Of a stretch of DNA of 32,000 nt, positions 17,769-27,626 are shown piece after piece (position 1 is the first letter of the stretch; each line of letters starts with the position of its first letter). Origin of the DNA: an uncultured bacterium (GTDB lineage Bacteria; Patescibacteriota; Gracilibacteria; UBA1369; PNNO01); the NCBI GenBank assembly GCA_963704705.1, contig OY969931.1, positions 540,001 through 572,000 on the forward strand. Reading direction: 5' to 3'. The notes below the pieces were generated by a model. It made no database searches. It saw only the letters and a list, made by a program, of their open reading frames with translations, and was not told the origin of the DNA. A program made the translations under genes and the position numbers.

Positions 17769-20007
17769 AGTTGTTGAAAGTAGGTATAATTCCATCTTCC
17801 CAAATTATATCAATTGCTTCTTCTAATTTATCGCAATATTCATTTGCCTGTTTGTTTGCTTTGCCTTTCCCGCTTATTGCTCTGCCCAAAGCAATGAATG
17901 GCCTAGCTGCCCAGTTTCCTTTAATTCTTTTAATTTCTTTTTTAAGTCCTAAAACAGTTTTTTTCAAAATTTTATAATAATCCTTTAGCCTATTAGCTTC
18001 GTAAGGCTGCCCCTTTAATTCTGTCTGCATGTCTCTGTGAATTTGTAATTGCTGAATATTTTCATTTAAAATTGCTTTTAATCGATTTTCGATGTTAACA
18101 AAATATTGATAATCACCTTTATCTCTTAAAAGTTCAACAAGCTCAGGGTAACCATCAGCATTGGGTATTTTATCAATTACAATATCAATGAATGCCTGGT
18201 CCGGTATAAATAAATCCGCATCAAAACCAGATCTAATTATGAGTCTGTTAAGTATTTCTCTTATTAAATCCTCAAAATCTTTAAAAATATGTGCATTAAT
18301 TAATTGTTCTTTTTCGAATTTTGCTCTGCTTGCAGACAATTTTTCAAGAAGTATCAGCATGAATTCTTTTTTTAATTCAGCTGTTTCAAGCGCCGGCAAA
18401 ATTTCAGCTTCAAGTTTTTGCTTTAATTCTTCAACTGCCATTGGTGAATAAAAGTTTCGTATTTCACCCATTAGACAACTGGCTTTGATTCGTAACTCAG
18501 CTCTACTACTTACTTTTAATTCTGAATAATCGGTTTTTGGTTCTGCTCCAATATTTTCTAATGGTTCACTGCCCGGCTTAGTTTGATAAAAAGCCGCAGC
18601 TTCTTCTGTTAATGCTTCCATGCCAGCTGTGCTGTTTATATCAACTTGTAAATTTTCCCATAAAATTCGAGGCTCTTTCTGAGAAGCTTCACGAACCTTA
18701 TCAGCGGTTAATACTGCAAGTTGCGCTGCTTCTCGAGCTTGTGTCTCTGTTGCTTTTGCAGCGATTTTTTCTCCTTCAGGACCTCTAACCACTTCAAGCA
18801 TAGCTTGATCTATTTCATTTGTAAGTCTTGGCATAAATGCCAATGTCTTACCCAATTCTTTATTATTGACTGCTGGATCATCAAAAGCATCTGCCTGAAT
18901 GGTTTCATCAAGTGCAACGTCCTGTTGCTTTGGCAATGAAAATGCATCTATTCGCCAAAGAGTACCGCTTTTCTGCGAACCTATTAATGCTTCTATTTCT
19001 TCCCATAATACTTCCCATTTTGCAAGAACCAATTCAATTGGAGCAACTTTAAAGTCATCGGTTAAATAGCTGTTAGCTATAAGTATAGGTTCAAGCATCA
19101 TATCAGCCGGAACCTGATTTATTTGATTACCAGCAGTTTGATTTTGTTCTGCCAGATCTTTGCAATATTGTTTTAATGGACCTAAATAACTATCGATTAC
19201 TTCTTTCAAAAAAGGAATAAATTTTGTACTTTTTTCATTGCCTTTGAAAGTTAATTTATTTAAAATTTCTTCAATTTTTTTTCTTATAACAATATCAAAA
19301 AAATAATCAATTTGAGGTCTCCATGTTGCTGAATAGTAGATCATATCAGCATCATTTTGCAGGTAAACATAGATTTTTCTTAATACTTTTAGATCATTGC
19401 TTGTAATACCCGGGTGATTTGATACCCCTGGTACTGGTTTTTCAATTAACCTTTGTCCATGTGCTGATCTTTTTGTTAATTCTCTGAGAAAATTTTGAAA
19501 TGTTTGACTCAACTGTATTCTTTTTTTACTTCTCCTTTTTTCAGCAGCTAATGCCGGATCCGGCTCTGTGGTGTAAAAAATCTCATCACCTTTAAAATTA
19601 TCTTTTGCAATTTCCAGTTCTCCTTTTAAAATAGCATGTACAAGCCTCCAATTGATTGTAATTCCGATAGTGTTTTCATTGAATAAACCTTCCAAATTGG
19701 TTGTTAATTCAATATTGCCATCCGGGTCATTGTCTTGTTCATTTATTTCTTCCTGAAATGCATACAAAAGCCTCCAGACATTCTCGATTACTTCAGGGTG
19801 ATCAATGATATAACGGAAAAAATACATATACCCTCCTCTTACCATCAAATCTCTTTCTTCATCTGTTTTTGCATTATCAACACTATATTTGCGAACTCTT
19901 TGTTTAAGTTCAGCATAACTTAATTGTTGTTCATTACATTCAAGTACAAAATCTTTTAGTCCTGATACAAACTCTTCATTTGATTGATTATTTTCAGGTG
20001 AGCGCAT
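17734..20007 (-). CDS. Large hypothetical, mostly helical cytoplasmic protein
   Basis: Uninterrupted 757-aa ORF with no signal peptide. The 3' end overlaps the 3' end of the convergent permease gene by 35 nt. No family recognised. Confidence 0.75.
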   Translation of the reverse strand: MRSPENNQSNEEFVSGLKDFVLECNEQQLSYAELKQRVRKYSVDNAKTDEERDLMVRGGYMYFFRYIIDHPEVIENVWRLLYAFQEEINEQDNDPDGNIELTTNLEGLFNENTIGITINWRLVHAILKGELEIAKDNFKGDEIFYTTEPDPALAAEKRRSKKRIQLSQTFQNFLRELTKRSAHGQRLIEKPVPGVSNHPGITSNDLKVLRKIYVYLQNDADMIYYSATWRPQIDYFFDIVIRKKIEEILNKLTFKGNEKSTKFIPFLKEVIDSYLGPLKQYCKDLAEQNQTAGNQINQVPADMMLEPILIANSYLTDDFKVAPIELVLAKWEVLWEEIEALIGSQKSGTLWRIDAFSLPKQQDVALDETIQADAFDDPAVNNKELGKTLAFMPRLTNEIDQAMLEVVRGPEGEKIAAKATETQAREAAQLAVLTADKVREASQKEPRILWENLQVDINSTAGMEALTEEAAAFYQTKPGSEPLENIGAEPKTDYSELKVSSRAELRIKASCLMGEIRNFYSPMAVEELKQKLEAEILPALETAELKKEFMLILLEKLSASRAKFEKEQLINAHIFKDFEDLIREILNRLIIRSGFDADLFIPDQAFIDIVIDKIPNADGYPELVELLRDKGDYQYFVNIENRLKAILNENIQQLQIHRDMQTELKGQPYEANRLKDYYKILKKTVLGLKKEIKRIKGNWAARPFIALGRAISGKGKANKQANEYCDKLEEAIDIIWEDGIIPTFNNFTALYFGTRNG

Positions 20008-20068
20008 TTTACAAAATTAGGGTTTAACTGGAATATTAGAACCCTTTATAACAGATTTCTTTACAAAT

Positions 20069-21184
20069 TTAAATACCATTTACGTTTTCACCATAAAAAA
20101 TCTTGGCATATAGAATAAAAGCCGGCATAACGGCATTTTCCCAGGCATTTATTAAGTGAATTTCAAGTAATTTTAAATATTCAGCTATATTTTCATTTTT
20201 TAATTTTGCTTTATCTGCAATTTTTTGGATTTTAGCAGCATTTAAGTATATTTCATGAAGTTTTTCTTTGAATTTACTGCAATATTCAAAAAACTCTTTT
20301 AAGTTTAGATCCTGAACTTCCAATAGAGCTTTAAATGTAGTGATTTTACTTATTAACTCAATCAATTCTTCTCTAGCATCAGCAATAATATTCAAAGCGT
20401 CCTGATTGTCGGTATCTAATCTAGGAAATTCATAGCACCAATGACAACTATCATCTCCATTTATGGATGGCATGCCTATTTTTAATTCTTCATTAGGAGA
20501 CTGAATTGAAACTTTTTTTGCATTTTCACTAATGTCATCAGTCATATTTAAACTTGTAGCAACAGTATAAACCGAAGTCGTAAGTGGGTCGTGAATTTTT
20601 GATAATTGATTAGCCGGAACTTTTTTACTTTCAACAATACGTCTATAAAATTTTGCGCATTCAATAGCAAAAACGCGTTTTGTTCTTTGTGTTACAGCAT
20701 ATAATCTTCTTATCCTTATATTAAAAAATGCATATAAATCAACTTGTACTTCCTTTTCATTAAGATCCAATTCTTGTCTTTCAAATCTATCTGCAAGATT
20801 CATCATCTTATTCTTCATAGAATCAATAAGATGATTTTCTGCAAAAATTTTCATTTCTTTTGGACATTCATTTTGGAAGAAATCAATTAAAGCTGCTTCT
20901 TTTTTAATAATATCCATATTAGCTGCCAGAATAACATCAACTTTATTCAATATAACAGCATATGGCAAAGCCTCTTGTTCGCTAAATGTTAGTGAGGATA
21001 TATCCTCTTCAGATTTGTGCAATAAGTGTGCTCTATATTGTTCATCAATTTGAACAAGTAATAAATCTCCCTGAATCGCTTCAATTAAGTCACCGATTGC
21101 CTCAGCGTCGGTTTCTGTTGTTTCAAAAGGAAATTCATTGCCAGTTGTTTTTACTTCCTGAATTTCTGGTGATTGTGCCTGCAT
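20069..21184 (-). CDS. Hypothetical helical protein, possibly related at its C-terminus to the 17734..20007 product
   Basis: 371-aa ORF; C-terminus YLKLLEIHLINAWENAVMPAFILYAKIFYG resembles YCDKLEEAIDIIWEDGIIPTFNNFTALYFG of the neighbour. Confidence 0.75.
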   Translation of the reverse strand: MQAQSPEIQEVKTTGNEFPFETTETDAEAIGDLIEAIQGDLLLVQIDEQYRAHLLHKSEEDISSLTFSEQEALPYAVILNKVDVILAANMDIIKKEAALIDFFQNECPKEMKIFAENHLIDSMKNKMMNLADRFERQELDLNEKEVQVDLYAFFNIRIRRLYAVTQRTKRVFAIECAKFYRRIVESKKVPANQLSKIHDPLTTSVYTVATSLNMTDDISENAKKVSIQSPNEELKIGMPSINGDDSCHWCYEFPRLDTDNQDALNIIADAREELIELISKITTFKALLEVQDLNLKEFFEYCSKFKEKLHEIYLNAAKIQKIADKAKLKNENIAEYLKLLEIHLINAWENAVMPAFILYAKIFYGENVNGI

Positions 21185-21233
21185 TTTAAATTGAGTAGAT
21201 AGTCATTATATATAACTACTTATTTTAAAATTA

Positions 21234-21866
21234 TTACAAGTATTTTTTTGAACTTGGACAAATATTGTTTAATTTACAGTCCGCGCATTTTGGAGTAGGA
21301 GCTTTACAAAGTGCTCTGCCGTGATCGACAAAATAATAAGATAGCATTCCCCAGTCTTTTTGTTTATAAAGCTTCATTAAATCACGTTCGATTTTTACAG
21401 GATCTTGATGTTTCGTCAGTCCAAGTCTGTTTGAGATTCTTATCACGTGCGTATCAACAATCACTCCTTCGTTTTTGCCATACCAAACAAACAAAATTAC
21501 ATTTGCAGATTTTCGTGCAATTCCTGGAATTTTAATCAAATCTTCCATATTATCCGGAACTTCACCATTGTATTTTTCTAAAATAGTTTGTGCAGCTCCT
21601 TTTATGTTTTTCGCCTTATTTCTAAAGAAACCAGTTGATCTAATTTTTTGTTCAAGTTCATCTAAAGAAACTTTAGCAAAGTCATCAATTGTAGGAAGTT
21701 CTTTAAAAAGTGGGGGAGTTACCAAATTAACTCTTTTATCAGTACATTGAGCAGATAAAATTGTTGCAACCAAAAGCTCCCAAGCACTTGTAAAATGCAA
21801 TGCACATTTTGCATTCGGATACATTTTGCTCAGTCTGTTGAAATATTCGTATGCGTATTTTTTCAT
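21234..21866 (-). CDS. nth: Endonuclease III
   Basis: [45 protein letters not shown]-terminal CxxxxxxCxxCxxxxxC cluster ([17 protein letters not shown]). Confidence 0.95.
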   Translation of the reverse strand: MKKYAYEYFNRLSKMYPNAKCALHFTSAWELLVATILSAQCTDKRVNLVTPPLFKELPTIDDFAKVSLDELEQKIRSTGFFRNKAKNIKGAAQTILEKYNGEVPDNMEDLIKIPGIARKSANVILFVWYGKNEGVIVDTHVIRISNRLGLTKHQDPVKIERDLMKLYKQKDWGMLSYYFVDHGRALCKAPTPKCADCKLNNICPSSKKYL

Positions 21867-22279
21867 CTTTCTCCCATTACTTTAACAATTACACGTTTTT
21901 TTCGGCGACCATCAAATTCAGCATAAAAAATCCTTTCCCATTGGCCCAAATCTAATTTACCTTCGGTTATAGGAATTATTGCCTGATGACCAATCAGAAT
22001 TCGTTTTAAATGGGCATCAGCATTATCTTCACCCGTTTGATGATGTCTATAATTTTCACCATATGGAGCCAGTTTTTCAAGCCATTCATGGATATCTTCG
22101 ATTAAACCGTTTTCCAAATCATTAACATAAACTCCTGCAGTTATATGCATCGCCGAAATCAGACACATTCCTTCCTTAACTCCGCTTTCAGCAACAATAT
22201 CCGCAACTTCATCAGTAATGTGTACTGTGTCATAACGGTTTTTTGTATTGAACATTAAATATTCGGTGTGCACTTGCAT
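21863..22279 (-). CDS. yjbQ: YjbQ/UPF0047 family protein
   Basis: [69 protein letters not shown]; overlaps nth by 4 nt. Confidence 0.9.
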   Translation of the reverse strand: MQVHTEYLMFNTKNRYDTVHITDEVADIVAESGVKEGMCLISAMHITAGVYVNDLENGLIEDIHEWLEKLAPYGENYRHHQTGEDNADAHLKRILIGHQAIIPITEGKLDLGQWERIFYAEFDGRRKKRVIVKVMGER

Positions 22280-22293
22280 GCAACAATTTTAAC

Positions 22294-23760
22294 TTATTCA
22301 GCTGGTTTATCCAAGCTTAATAAATCTAGATCTTTCAAATAATCCGGTATATATTCATCTGCAAGTTTATCCAAATCCAAGAGATAAAGCGGATCAACAT
22401 GTTTACCATTTTTAATGGTTTCAAAGTGAAGATGAGCACCTGTGGTGAAATAACCGGCACCTTTGCTTCCAGGGATACCTCCGGAAAGTCCGATAACTTC
22501 GCCAGGAAGAACAACATCCCTTTCTTCAACCATAACCTGATAAACATGTCCATAAACTGTTAATAAACCTCCTTTATGAGCAATAATTATATATGAATAG
22601 CTTGTATCACCATTATCTTTCACTTTATAAACAACACCTGCTGCAGGTGCTCGAATTGGTGTGCCCTGAGGAGTTGGAATATCGATTGCCTGATGCGGAA
22701 CTCCAAAGGCTGCTAAATAAGATGGGTCATGGAAATATGCACTAATTCCTCTGCTAGGTTCAACTGGCCAGTTTAATTTTTCGCCTGTTGCAAATTCCCC
22801 TAGCATTTCAAAATCATAAACCGCTCTTACATTCGGATTAATAAGGTTTTGATAATTATCAGGGTTAAAGTTTTCACCGTCTTCATTTATTTTTTGTTCA
22901 ATAAAAGCAAGATTTTCTTTAAGTTGATTGATTTCTGCCACTACTTCCAGCTGTTCTCGTTTTGACTGAGCAATCAACTCACGATAAATTTGTTCTTCAC
23001 CCTTTGTTTGAACAAGCAGTTGATTTTTAGCGTTTTTTTGAATTTTTAATGTTGTTTTATCTTCTTCAAGTTCTCCATTAAGTTTTGTTAATTTTTGTCT
23101 GGTTTGCTGCAGATATGTTCGCGCACTTTTATACTCGCCCTGAATTGTTTCCAGTTTATTAAAGATATTTCTGCCTGTTTGTTCAAGGATTGCGTAATAT
23201 TCGATTTCTTTAAAAGTGTCACCGATTGCAGCATCACCCAAAAGTAATTTTGACGCACTTAAATCAGCATCGTTATCCTTGTTCATAAAAGAATTTTCCT
23301 GTAGATAAAGTGCTTTTAGATAGTCTCTTAATACTAATTTTTGATTTTCAAGTTCAATTTGTTTAATTTTTATTTCATCTCTATAAGAATCAATTAAATT
23401 TTGCTTTTGAGATACCTGTTTTTTAACATTTTCTATTTTTGCCTGAGTATTTGAAATTAAGTAATTAAAATTATCAACTTGTCCCTGTAATGTATTTATT
23501 ACATCACTACTTGTTACCAGTCTGTCTTTAGCTTCATCAATGCTTTTAGTTACCTGAAAGTATTCATTTCTCGCATTTTGCAAAGAATTTTTTAACTGAA
23601 GTAAAAATTGTTGATTTTTTAAAGTCTGAGATTCAGTAACAGGCACTTTTTCAGTTGTGTCTTCTGTGTTTTCTTCAGCATATACCGAAGTAAGACTTGC
23701 CATTTGTAAGCCTAAAATAAGCCCTATCGCGATAATTTTTTTCAATTTTGTGCCTTTCAT
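22294..23760 (-). CDS. Secreted murein hydrolase activator/peptidase, EnvC-like coiled coil + M23 domain
   Basis: Signal peptide MKGTKLKKIIAIGLILGLQMASLTSVYA, long coiled coil, M23 motifs HQAIDIPTPQGTPIRAPAAG and GAHLHFE. Confidence 0.9.
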   Translation of the reverse strand: MKGTKLKKIIAIGLILGLQMASLTSVYAEENTEDTTEKVPVTESQTLKNQQFLLQLKNSLQNARNEYFQVTKSIDEAKDRLVTSSDVINTLQGQVDNFNYLISNTQAKIENVKKQVSQKQNLIDSYRDEIKIKQIELENQKLVLRDYLKALYLQENSFMNKDNDADLSASKLLLGDAAIGDTFKEIEYYAILEQTGRNIFNKLETIQGEYKSARTYLQQTRQKLTKLNGELEEDKTTLKIQKNAKNQLLVQTKGEEQIYRELIAQSKREQLEVVAEINQLKENLAFIEQKINEDGENFNPDNYQNLINPNVRAVYDFEMLGEFATGEKLNWPVEPSRGISAYFHDPSYLAAFGVPHQAIDIPTPQGTPIRAPAAGVVYKVKDNGDTSYSYIIIAHKGGLLTVYGHVYQVMVEERDVVLPGEVIGLSGGIPGSKGAGYFTTGAHLHFETIKNGKHVDPLYLLDLDKLADEYIPDYLKDLDLLSLDKPAE

Positions 23761-23830
23761 CTTTTGTTTTTTATCCTTATATTATACCTTAAAAAAGCCT
23801 TTATTTAAAGCCTAAATCTAATTAAATTAG

Positions 23831-23873
23831 ACCAGGTCTGCCCGCCAGACCAGGTCTGCCCGCCAGACCTGGT
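23831..23873. repeat. GC-rich 18-nt tandem duplication (ACCAGGTCTGCCCGCCAG x2) + ACCTGGT; palindromic, hairpin-forming
   Basis: Direct reading. ACCAGGTCTG at the left end is perfectly complementary to CAGACCTGGT at the right end; each unit can itself form AGGTCTG/CAGACC(T/A). Confidence 0.9.
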
Positions 23874-23891
23874 TTAAAATTTAATTTTTCC

Positions 23892-23920
23892 TTGCAATAA
23901 AGCCTGCAATCAATTAAAAT
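23892..23920 (+). promoter_or_regulatory. Promoter candidate TTGCAA - 17 nt - TAAAAT for rpmA
   Basis: Correctly spaced hexamers 30 nt upstream of the rpmA ATG. Confidence 0.5.
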
Positions 23921-23950
23921 CTTCATGCTTTACAAATTAAGTATTAAATT

Positions 23951-24238
23951 ATGTCTAAGACTAAAGCAGGTGGATCAACCAAGAACGGCCGAGATTCGGT
24001 CGCAAAGCGATTGGGAGTTAAAGTATGGGGAGGCCAGGTAATACCGGCAGGAAGCATCATTGTTAGACAAAGAGGAACAAAATTTCACGCAGGTGAAAAT
24101 GTTGGAGTTGGCAAAGATCACACACTTTTTGCACTAAAATCAGGTGAAGTTAAATTTACTGAAAAGCGAATAAAAAAATTCGATGGCAGAAAATTTAAGG
24201 ATATTTTTGTTAATATCCTTGAAGGTACTGCAAAATAA
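23951..24238 (+). CDS. rpmA: 50S ribosomal protein bL27
   Basis: [29 protein letters not shown]...[29 protein letters not shown]. Confidence 0.97.
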   Translation: MSKTKAGGSTKNGRDSVAKRLGVKVWGGQVIPAGSIIVRQRGTKFHAGENVGVGKDHTLFALKSGEVKFTEKRIKKFDGRKFKDIFVNILEGTAK

Positions 24239-24259
24239 GTATACTTTAACCTTTAAATC

Positions 24260-24517
24260 ATGAAACTTTCAGCAAAAGCTCTAGGATTATCTTTGGGCAT
24301 TATGTTCGGACTTTGTGTTTTTATCACCACAATATTAGCTGTCTATACTGGCTATCTTAAGAATTGGGCAGACTTGTTGGTTGGAGTGTATCCTTATTAT
24401 GAATTAAGTTTACTAGGTTCTTTTGTAGGACTTGTTTGTGGATTTTTAGACGGATTTATTGGCGGAGTAGTTTTTGCTTGGATTTATAATGTATTTGCAC
24501 CTGGACGTGCATCTTAA
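24260..24517 (+). CDS. Small two-TM protein of the family often auto-annotated as 'bacteriophage holin'
   Basis: ALGLSLGIMFGLCVF...YPYYELSLLGSFVGLVCGFLDGFIGGVVFAWIYNVF. Confidence 0.65.
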   Translation: MKLSAKALGLSLGIMFGLCVFITTILAVYTGYLKNWADLLVGVYPYYELSLLGSFVGLVCGFLDGFIGGVVFAWIYNVFAPGRAS

Positions 24518-24529
24518 TTTTGTTAATTT

Positions 24530-25213
24530 ATGGCAGATTTTGAAGTTTTTGGAGGTGTCGAAGATTCAGGACAAATTGACGAAGCATCTTTTGAAAAATT
24601 TAAAGAAAGGGTAAAAGCAGCTCAGGCTCAGATTAAAGCTATTCAAAAAGGTGAACAGAAGGTTCGTCAAAAAGAAGAAAAATTAATAAAGATACTTTTA
24701 AAATTTGTAAAAAATCATCATAAAAAGGATGTAATGCTTCTGATCGCACGTCTGCTTGAGCAAAATATACCGCCTATTTTTATTTTAAGCGTTGTTTTGT
24801 TGGGAAATGAGGAAGTTTTGGAAGATGAAGAGAGTAAAAAGCTTTTGGCGGGAAAAGTTGAAATACCTGAAGCTGATGCTGTTTCTTTGGCGAAACTAGA
24901 TAAAGATCAACTACTTCCAATTAAATTAAAAGCCAGAATAGATGAGTGGTTAAAGAATATTCTTAAATCAGCTTTGGAAAATCCGCACAGATTAATAAAA
25001 ACAGTTTATGATCAGGATGAAGAGATTAAGTTGCCATTGATCCAGCTTTGCGCATTTATTCAAAGAGATTATTTGGAAGCTAACAACGAAGAAGCTGATT
25101 ATGAAAAGCTAAAAGAGTTCAGTATGTTTTTTATGGCTGGTATTTTAAAGCAGGTTGAAGATTCTATTGAGAAAACAAAAGAATTAAAAGACATTGAGGA
25201 TCAATCTAAATAA
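24530..25213 (+). CDS. Hypothetical charged helical protein
   Basis: 227-aa ORF starting 13 nt after the preceding gene's stop. Confidence 0.65.
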   Translation: MADFEVFGGVEDSGQIDEASFEKFKERVKAAQAQIKAIQKGEQKVRQKEEKLIKILLKFVKNHHKKDVMLLIARLLEQNIPPIFILSVVLLGNEEVLEDEESKKLLAGKVEIPEADAVSLAKLDKDQLLPIKLKARIDEWLKNILKSALENPHRLIKTVYDQDEEIKLPLIQLCAFIQRDYLEANNEEADYEKLKEFSMFFMAGILKQVEDSIEKTKELKDIEDQSK

Positions 25214-25220
25214 CCCACAA

Positions 25221-26081
25221 TTAAGCAGCTGATAAACTTCTAAGGTTCTCAACAGCTACTTCACGGTATTCAGCTTGGGAATCAGAACAATCATTTAATA
25301 CCTGACCGCCTTGATTCTTCATATCAATCAGTTGATTTTCAAGCTTTTCAAGATCTTCATAAGTTTTTCCGGTCTTTTCAAAACTGTTAAATGATTGAAG
25401 TTTTCCGTAAATAGCTGTTAATGCTCCTGGTATTGCACCTAATGGACCGAAAAAGATCCCGCCAACAACTGATGCGGTAATTCCGCCAGCTTGTTTACCT
25501 TGTCCAAGTGCTGGTGAAATAACGTCTGCTTTAAGTGTAGGTGGTAAATTAAGTTCACCATTATTTATTTTCTCAGCTAATTTTTCGATTTTCTTTAAAT
25601 TCGTTTTAAATCTTGAACTTTTTATAAGTCCATAAATAGAACCAATAAAAGGGAATAAAGTAACACCAAATCGATGTGATTCCCTTGAATTTTCAGCTTG
25701 TTCCTTTGCTGTTTGTACGAGTTTTAATAATTCATCAATTAATTCCTGACTCTCACTTATAGCTTCTTCTGCACGATTAACAAATCTCATAGTTGGGTTA
25801 TGTTCAACCCCATATTCATCTACTTGTTTATATAAATTATTTTTTTCCGCTTCTTCAAATTCAGCAGGATTTAATGGCATTTTTTTTGCTTTTTGATCAG
25901 GCAAAGCAGCCATATCAACATTTTTACTGAAATCTTCATATTGTGCATCTGAAAAATTGGTTTTTTGGCAATATTCATAAGCACTTCCAAATTCTCCTCG
26001 TTGAATCTGTCCTTTTAAAGCATCAGCAGAGGCAGGAGTTGGAGCTTGAATTTTCTCTGGATTTTCTCTGGATTCAGCCAT
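25221..26081 (-). CDS. Hypothetical protein with central glycine-zipper-like hydrophobic segment
   Basis: 286 aa; FGVTLFPFIGSIYGLI and GGITASVVGGIFFGPLGAIPGALTAIYG within otherwise charged sequence. Confidence 0.65.
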   Translation of the reverse strand: MAESRENPEKIQAPTPASADALKGQIQRGEFGSAYEYCQKTNFSDAQYEDFSKNVDMAALPDQKAKKMPLNPAEFEEAEKNNLYKQVDEYGVEHNPTMRFVNRAEEAISESQELIDELLKLVQTAKEQAENSRESHRFGVTLFPFIGSIYGLIKSSRFKTNLKKIEKLAEKINNGELNLPPTLKADVISPALGQGKQAGGITASVVGGIFFGPLGAIPGALTAIYGKLQSFNSFEKTGKTYEDLEKLENQLIDMKNQGGQVLNDCSDSQAEYREVAVENLRSLSAA

Positions 26082-26244
26082 TTATTTGTTTTTTTATTTT
26101 TGAAATTTCTGCCTGGTCTTTTTGATTTAATTTAAATTCCCCAACTTTATCATTTTCTTTTGCTAAAGTTGAATGCAGCTTTTTATAATCAGCTGCAATT
26201 TGGAGTTTTTTTAATAAATCCTGTTTTGCTTTACTATCACTCAT
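26074..26244 (-). CDS. Short charged 56-aa ORF, below the ORF-track cutoff
   Basis: MSDSKAKQDLLKKLQIAADYKKLHSTLAKENDKVGEFKLNQKDQAEISKIKKQING; overlaps the start of the 25221..26081 gene by 8 nt. Confidence 0.5.
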   Translation of the reverse strand: MSDSKAKQDLLKKLQIAADYKKLHSTLAKENDKVGEFKLNQKDQAEISKIKKQING

Positions 26245-26272
26245 TTTTTGTTTTTATTTCGATAATATTATA

Positions 26273-26938
26273 TCACAATTCTATGCTTCCGTAAATAGCC
26301 TCGGATTTACCTCTGGTTTTTGCCCATTCCTGATCCCCATAACTATAGTGCCACCATTCTTCAAAATAATTTGCAAAGCTGACAGATTCCATTATCTCTT
26401 TGAACATCATGCGATTTTTATGGAATTTATTTGTTGAATCTTTCTGAAAATGATTGGTAAATGACTTTTCAGTAAATTCATCAAACGGTGTGCCCATAGG
26501 TAATTCTGCGCCTGTTTCATCAACAATTGTCAGATCAATTGCAGCACCTGTATTATGCGGTGCAGGGAATTCAGAATTATGTGAAGGGGGGGATACAAAT
26601 ATCTCAACCATCTGGCAAAGTTTTTCATGAGGGAAATCAGGATGTTCTTTTTTAAGCCGATTATAATAATCGTCGTAAAGTATTTTTTGTACTTTTAATG
26701 TTCTGAATGCATCCCAAACTTTAAAATTGTAACCTTTTGGAAGATTTTTTTTGGCTTCTCTCAGCTTATAGAGGGTTCCTGTTCTCAACTCTATTTTAGG
26801 TGTTTCAGAAAAACCCCAATTAAAATACATTGGTTCCAAAACAAACTCATCCTTGTTTAAATCAACAAGGGATTCTCCACATTCATTTATATGAATCTTA
26901 ATTTTATGATCATGTATATGATTTTCTAAATTGTCCAT
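26273..26938 (-). CDS. D-alanyl-D-alanine dipeptidase-like (VanX/DdpX, M15) peptidase
   Basis: FKVWDAFRTLKVQ, SPPSHNSEFPAPHNTGAAIDLTIVD, EEWWHYSYGDQ motifs; lacks an evident signal peptide. Confidence 0.88.
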   Translation of the reverse strand: MDNLENHIHDHKIKIHINECGESLVDLNKDEFVLEPMYFNWGFSETPKIELRTGTLYKLREAKKNLPKGYNFKVWDAFRTLKVQKILYDDYYNRLKKEHPDFPHEKLCQMVEIFVSPPSHNSEFPAPHNTGAAIDLTIVDETGAELPMGTPFDEFTEKSFTNHFQKDSTNKFHKNRMMFKEIMESVSFANYFEEWWHYSYGDQEWAKTRGKSEAIYGSIEL

Positions 26939-27537
26939 TGGTCATGAATTATTCCTACTAACATCCAACCGTCATTATATTTTTCAAATACTAATCTTAA
27001 AGATTCCCAGTCCATTCCTTCATATTCGGGATTGAATCCGGGAAAATGGAATTCAACAAATTCAGCATTAGGATAAACTTCCTCAATATTAACTAAAGTG
27101 TTTCCGATACCTAAAACTTTATTTAAAGAATATTCTTCAGAATTTGCGAAATCTTTGTCATAAATAAATTTGTCATAATATTCACTGAAAGTCATCTCAA
27201 TTGGTTCACCTGAACCATCATATGAACCCCATTTATAAACAGTTTGATCATTAAACTTATCTTTTAAATCACTTGGTTTTAAAACAATATCATTTTGCAC
27301 GTTTATAAATGAATATGGTGAAAATCTTACTCCTTTAATTGGATGAACAAATTCAGCCAATTGTTCCAGATCTTTATTTTTTAGAATTTCGATAACTTGT
27401 TTTGCTGTATTATCCAGATCGCTGACTTGTTTTGTTTGTGTTTTTACTAAATTACATCCCGACAGCAGTAAAACGCTTAATAAAGCGAAAATTGCCATTT
27501 TTTTCATAAAGTTTTGATTAAGAGGCATCCAAATCAT
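26926..27537 (-). CDS. Lipoprotein of unknown function (true start probably MKKMAIF)
   Basis: MKKMAIFALLSVLLLSGC lipobox; 13-nt overlap with the downstream VanX-like gene. Confidence 0.75.
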   Translation of the reverse strand: MIWMPLNQNFMKKMAIFALLSVLLLSGCNLVKTQTKQVSDLDNTAKQVIEILKNKDLEQLAEFVHPIKGVRFSPYSFINVQNDIVLKPSDLKDKFNDQTVYKWGSYDGSGEPIEMTFSEYYDKFIYDKDFANSEEYSLNKVLGIGNTLVNIEEVYPNAEFVEFHFPGFNPEYEGMDWESLRLVFEKYNDGWMLVGIIHDQWTI

Positions 27538-27574
27538 AACTTAATTTGAAGTAAATAATCAAATCCGGAATAAA

Positions 27575-27608
27575 AAAGAGAGCCGCCATTTTGGTAGCAG
27601 CTCTCTTT
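27575..27608 (-). terminator. Rho-independent terminator for the 27627..29546 gene
   Basis: AAAGAGAGC...GCTCTCTTT 9-bp stem, followed by a T-run in the minus orientation. Confidence 0.8.
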
Positions 27609-27626
27609 GTAGAATTTTTGTGATTT

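Noticed and set aside
17771-19923. Short plus-strand ORFs opposite the 757-aa hypothetical gene
   Set aside because: They have no recognisable features and the long minus ORF is uninterrupted; treated as shadow ORFs.
24260-24517. Holin-like protein as evidence for a prophage
   Set aside because: No lysin, capsid, terminase, integrase or repeats are nearby, and it sits directly downstream of rpmA. The 'holin' label for this family is probably just annotation habit.
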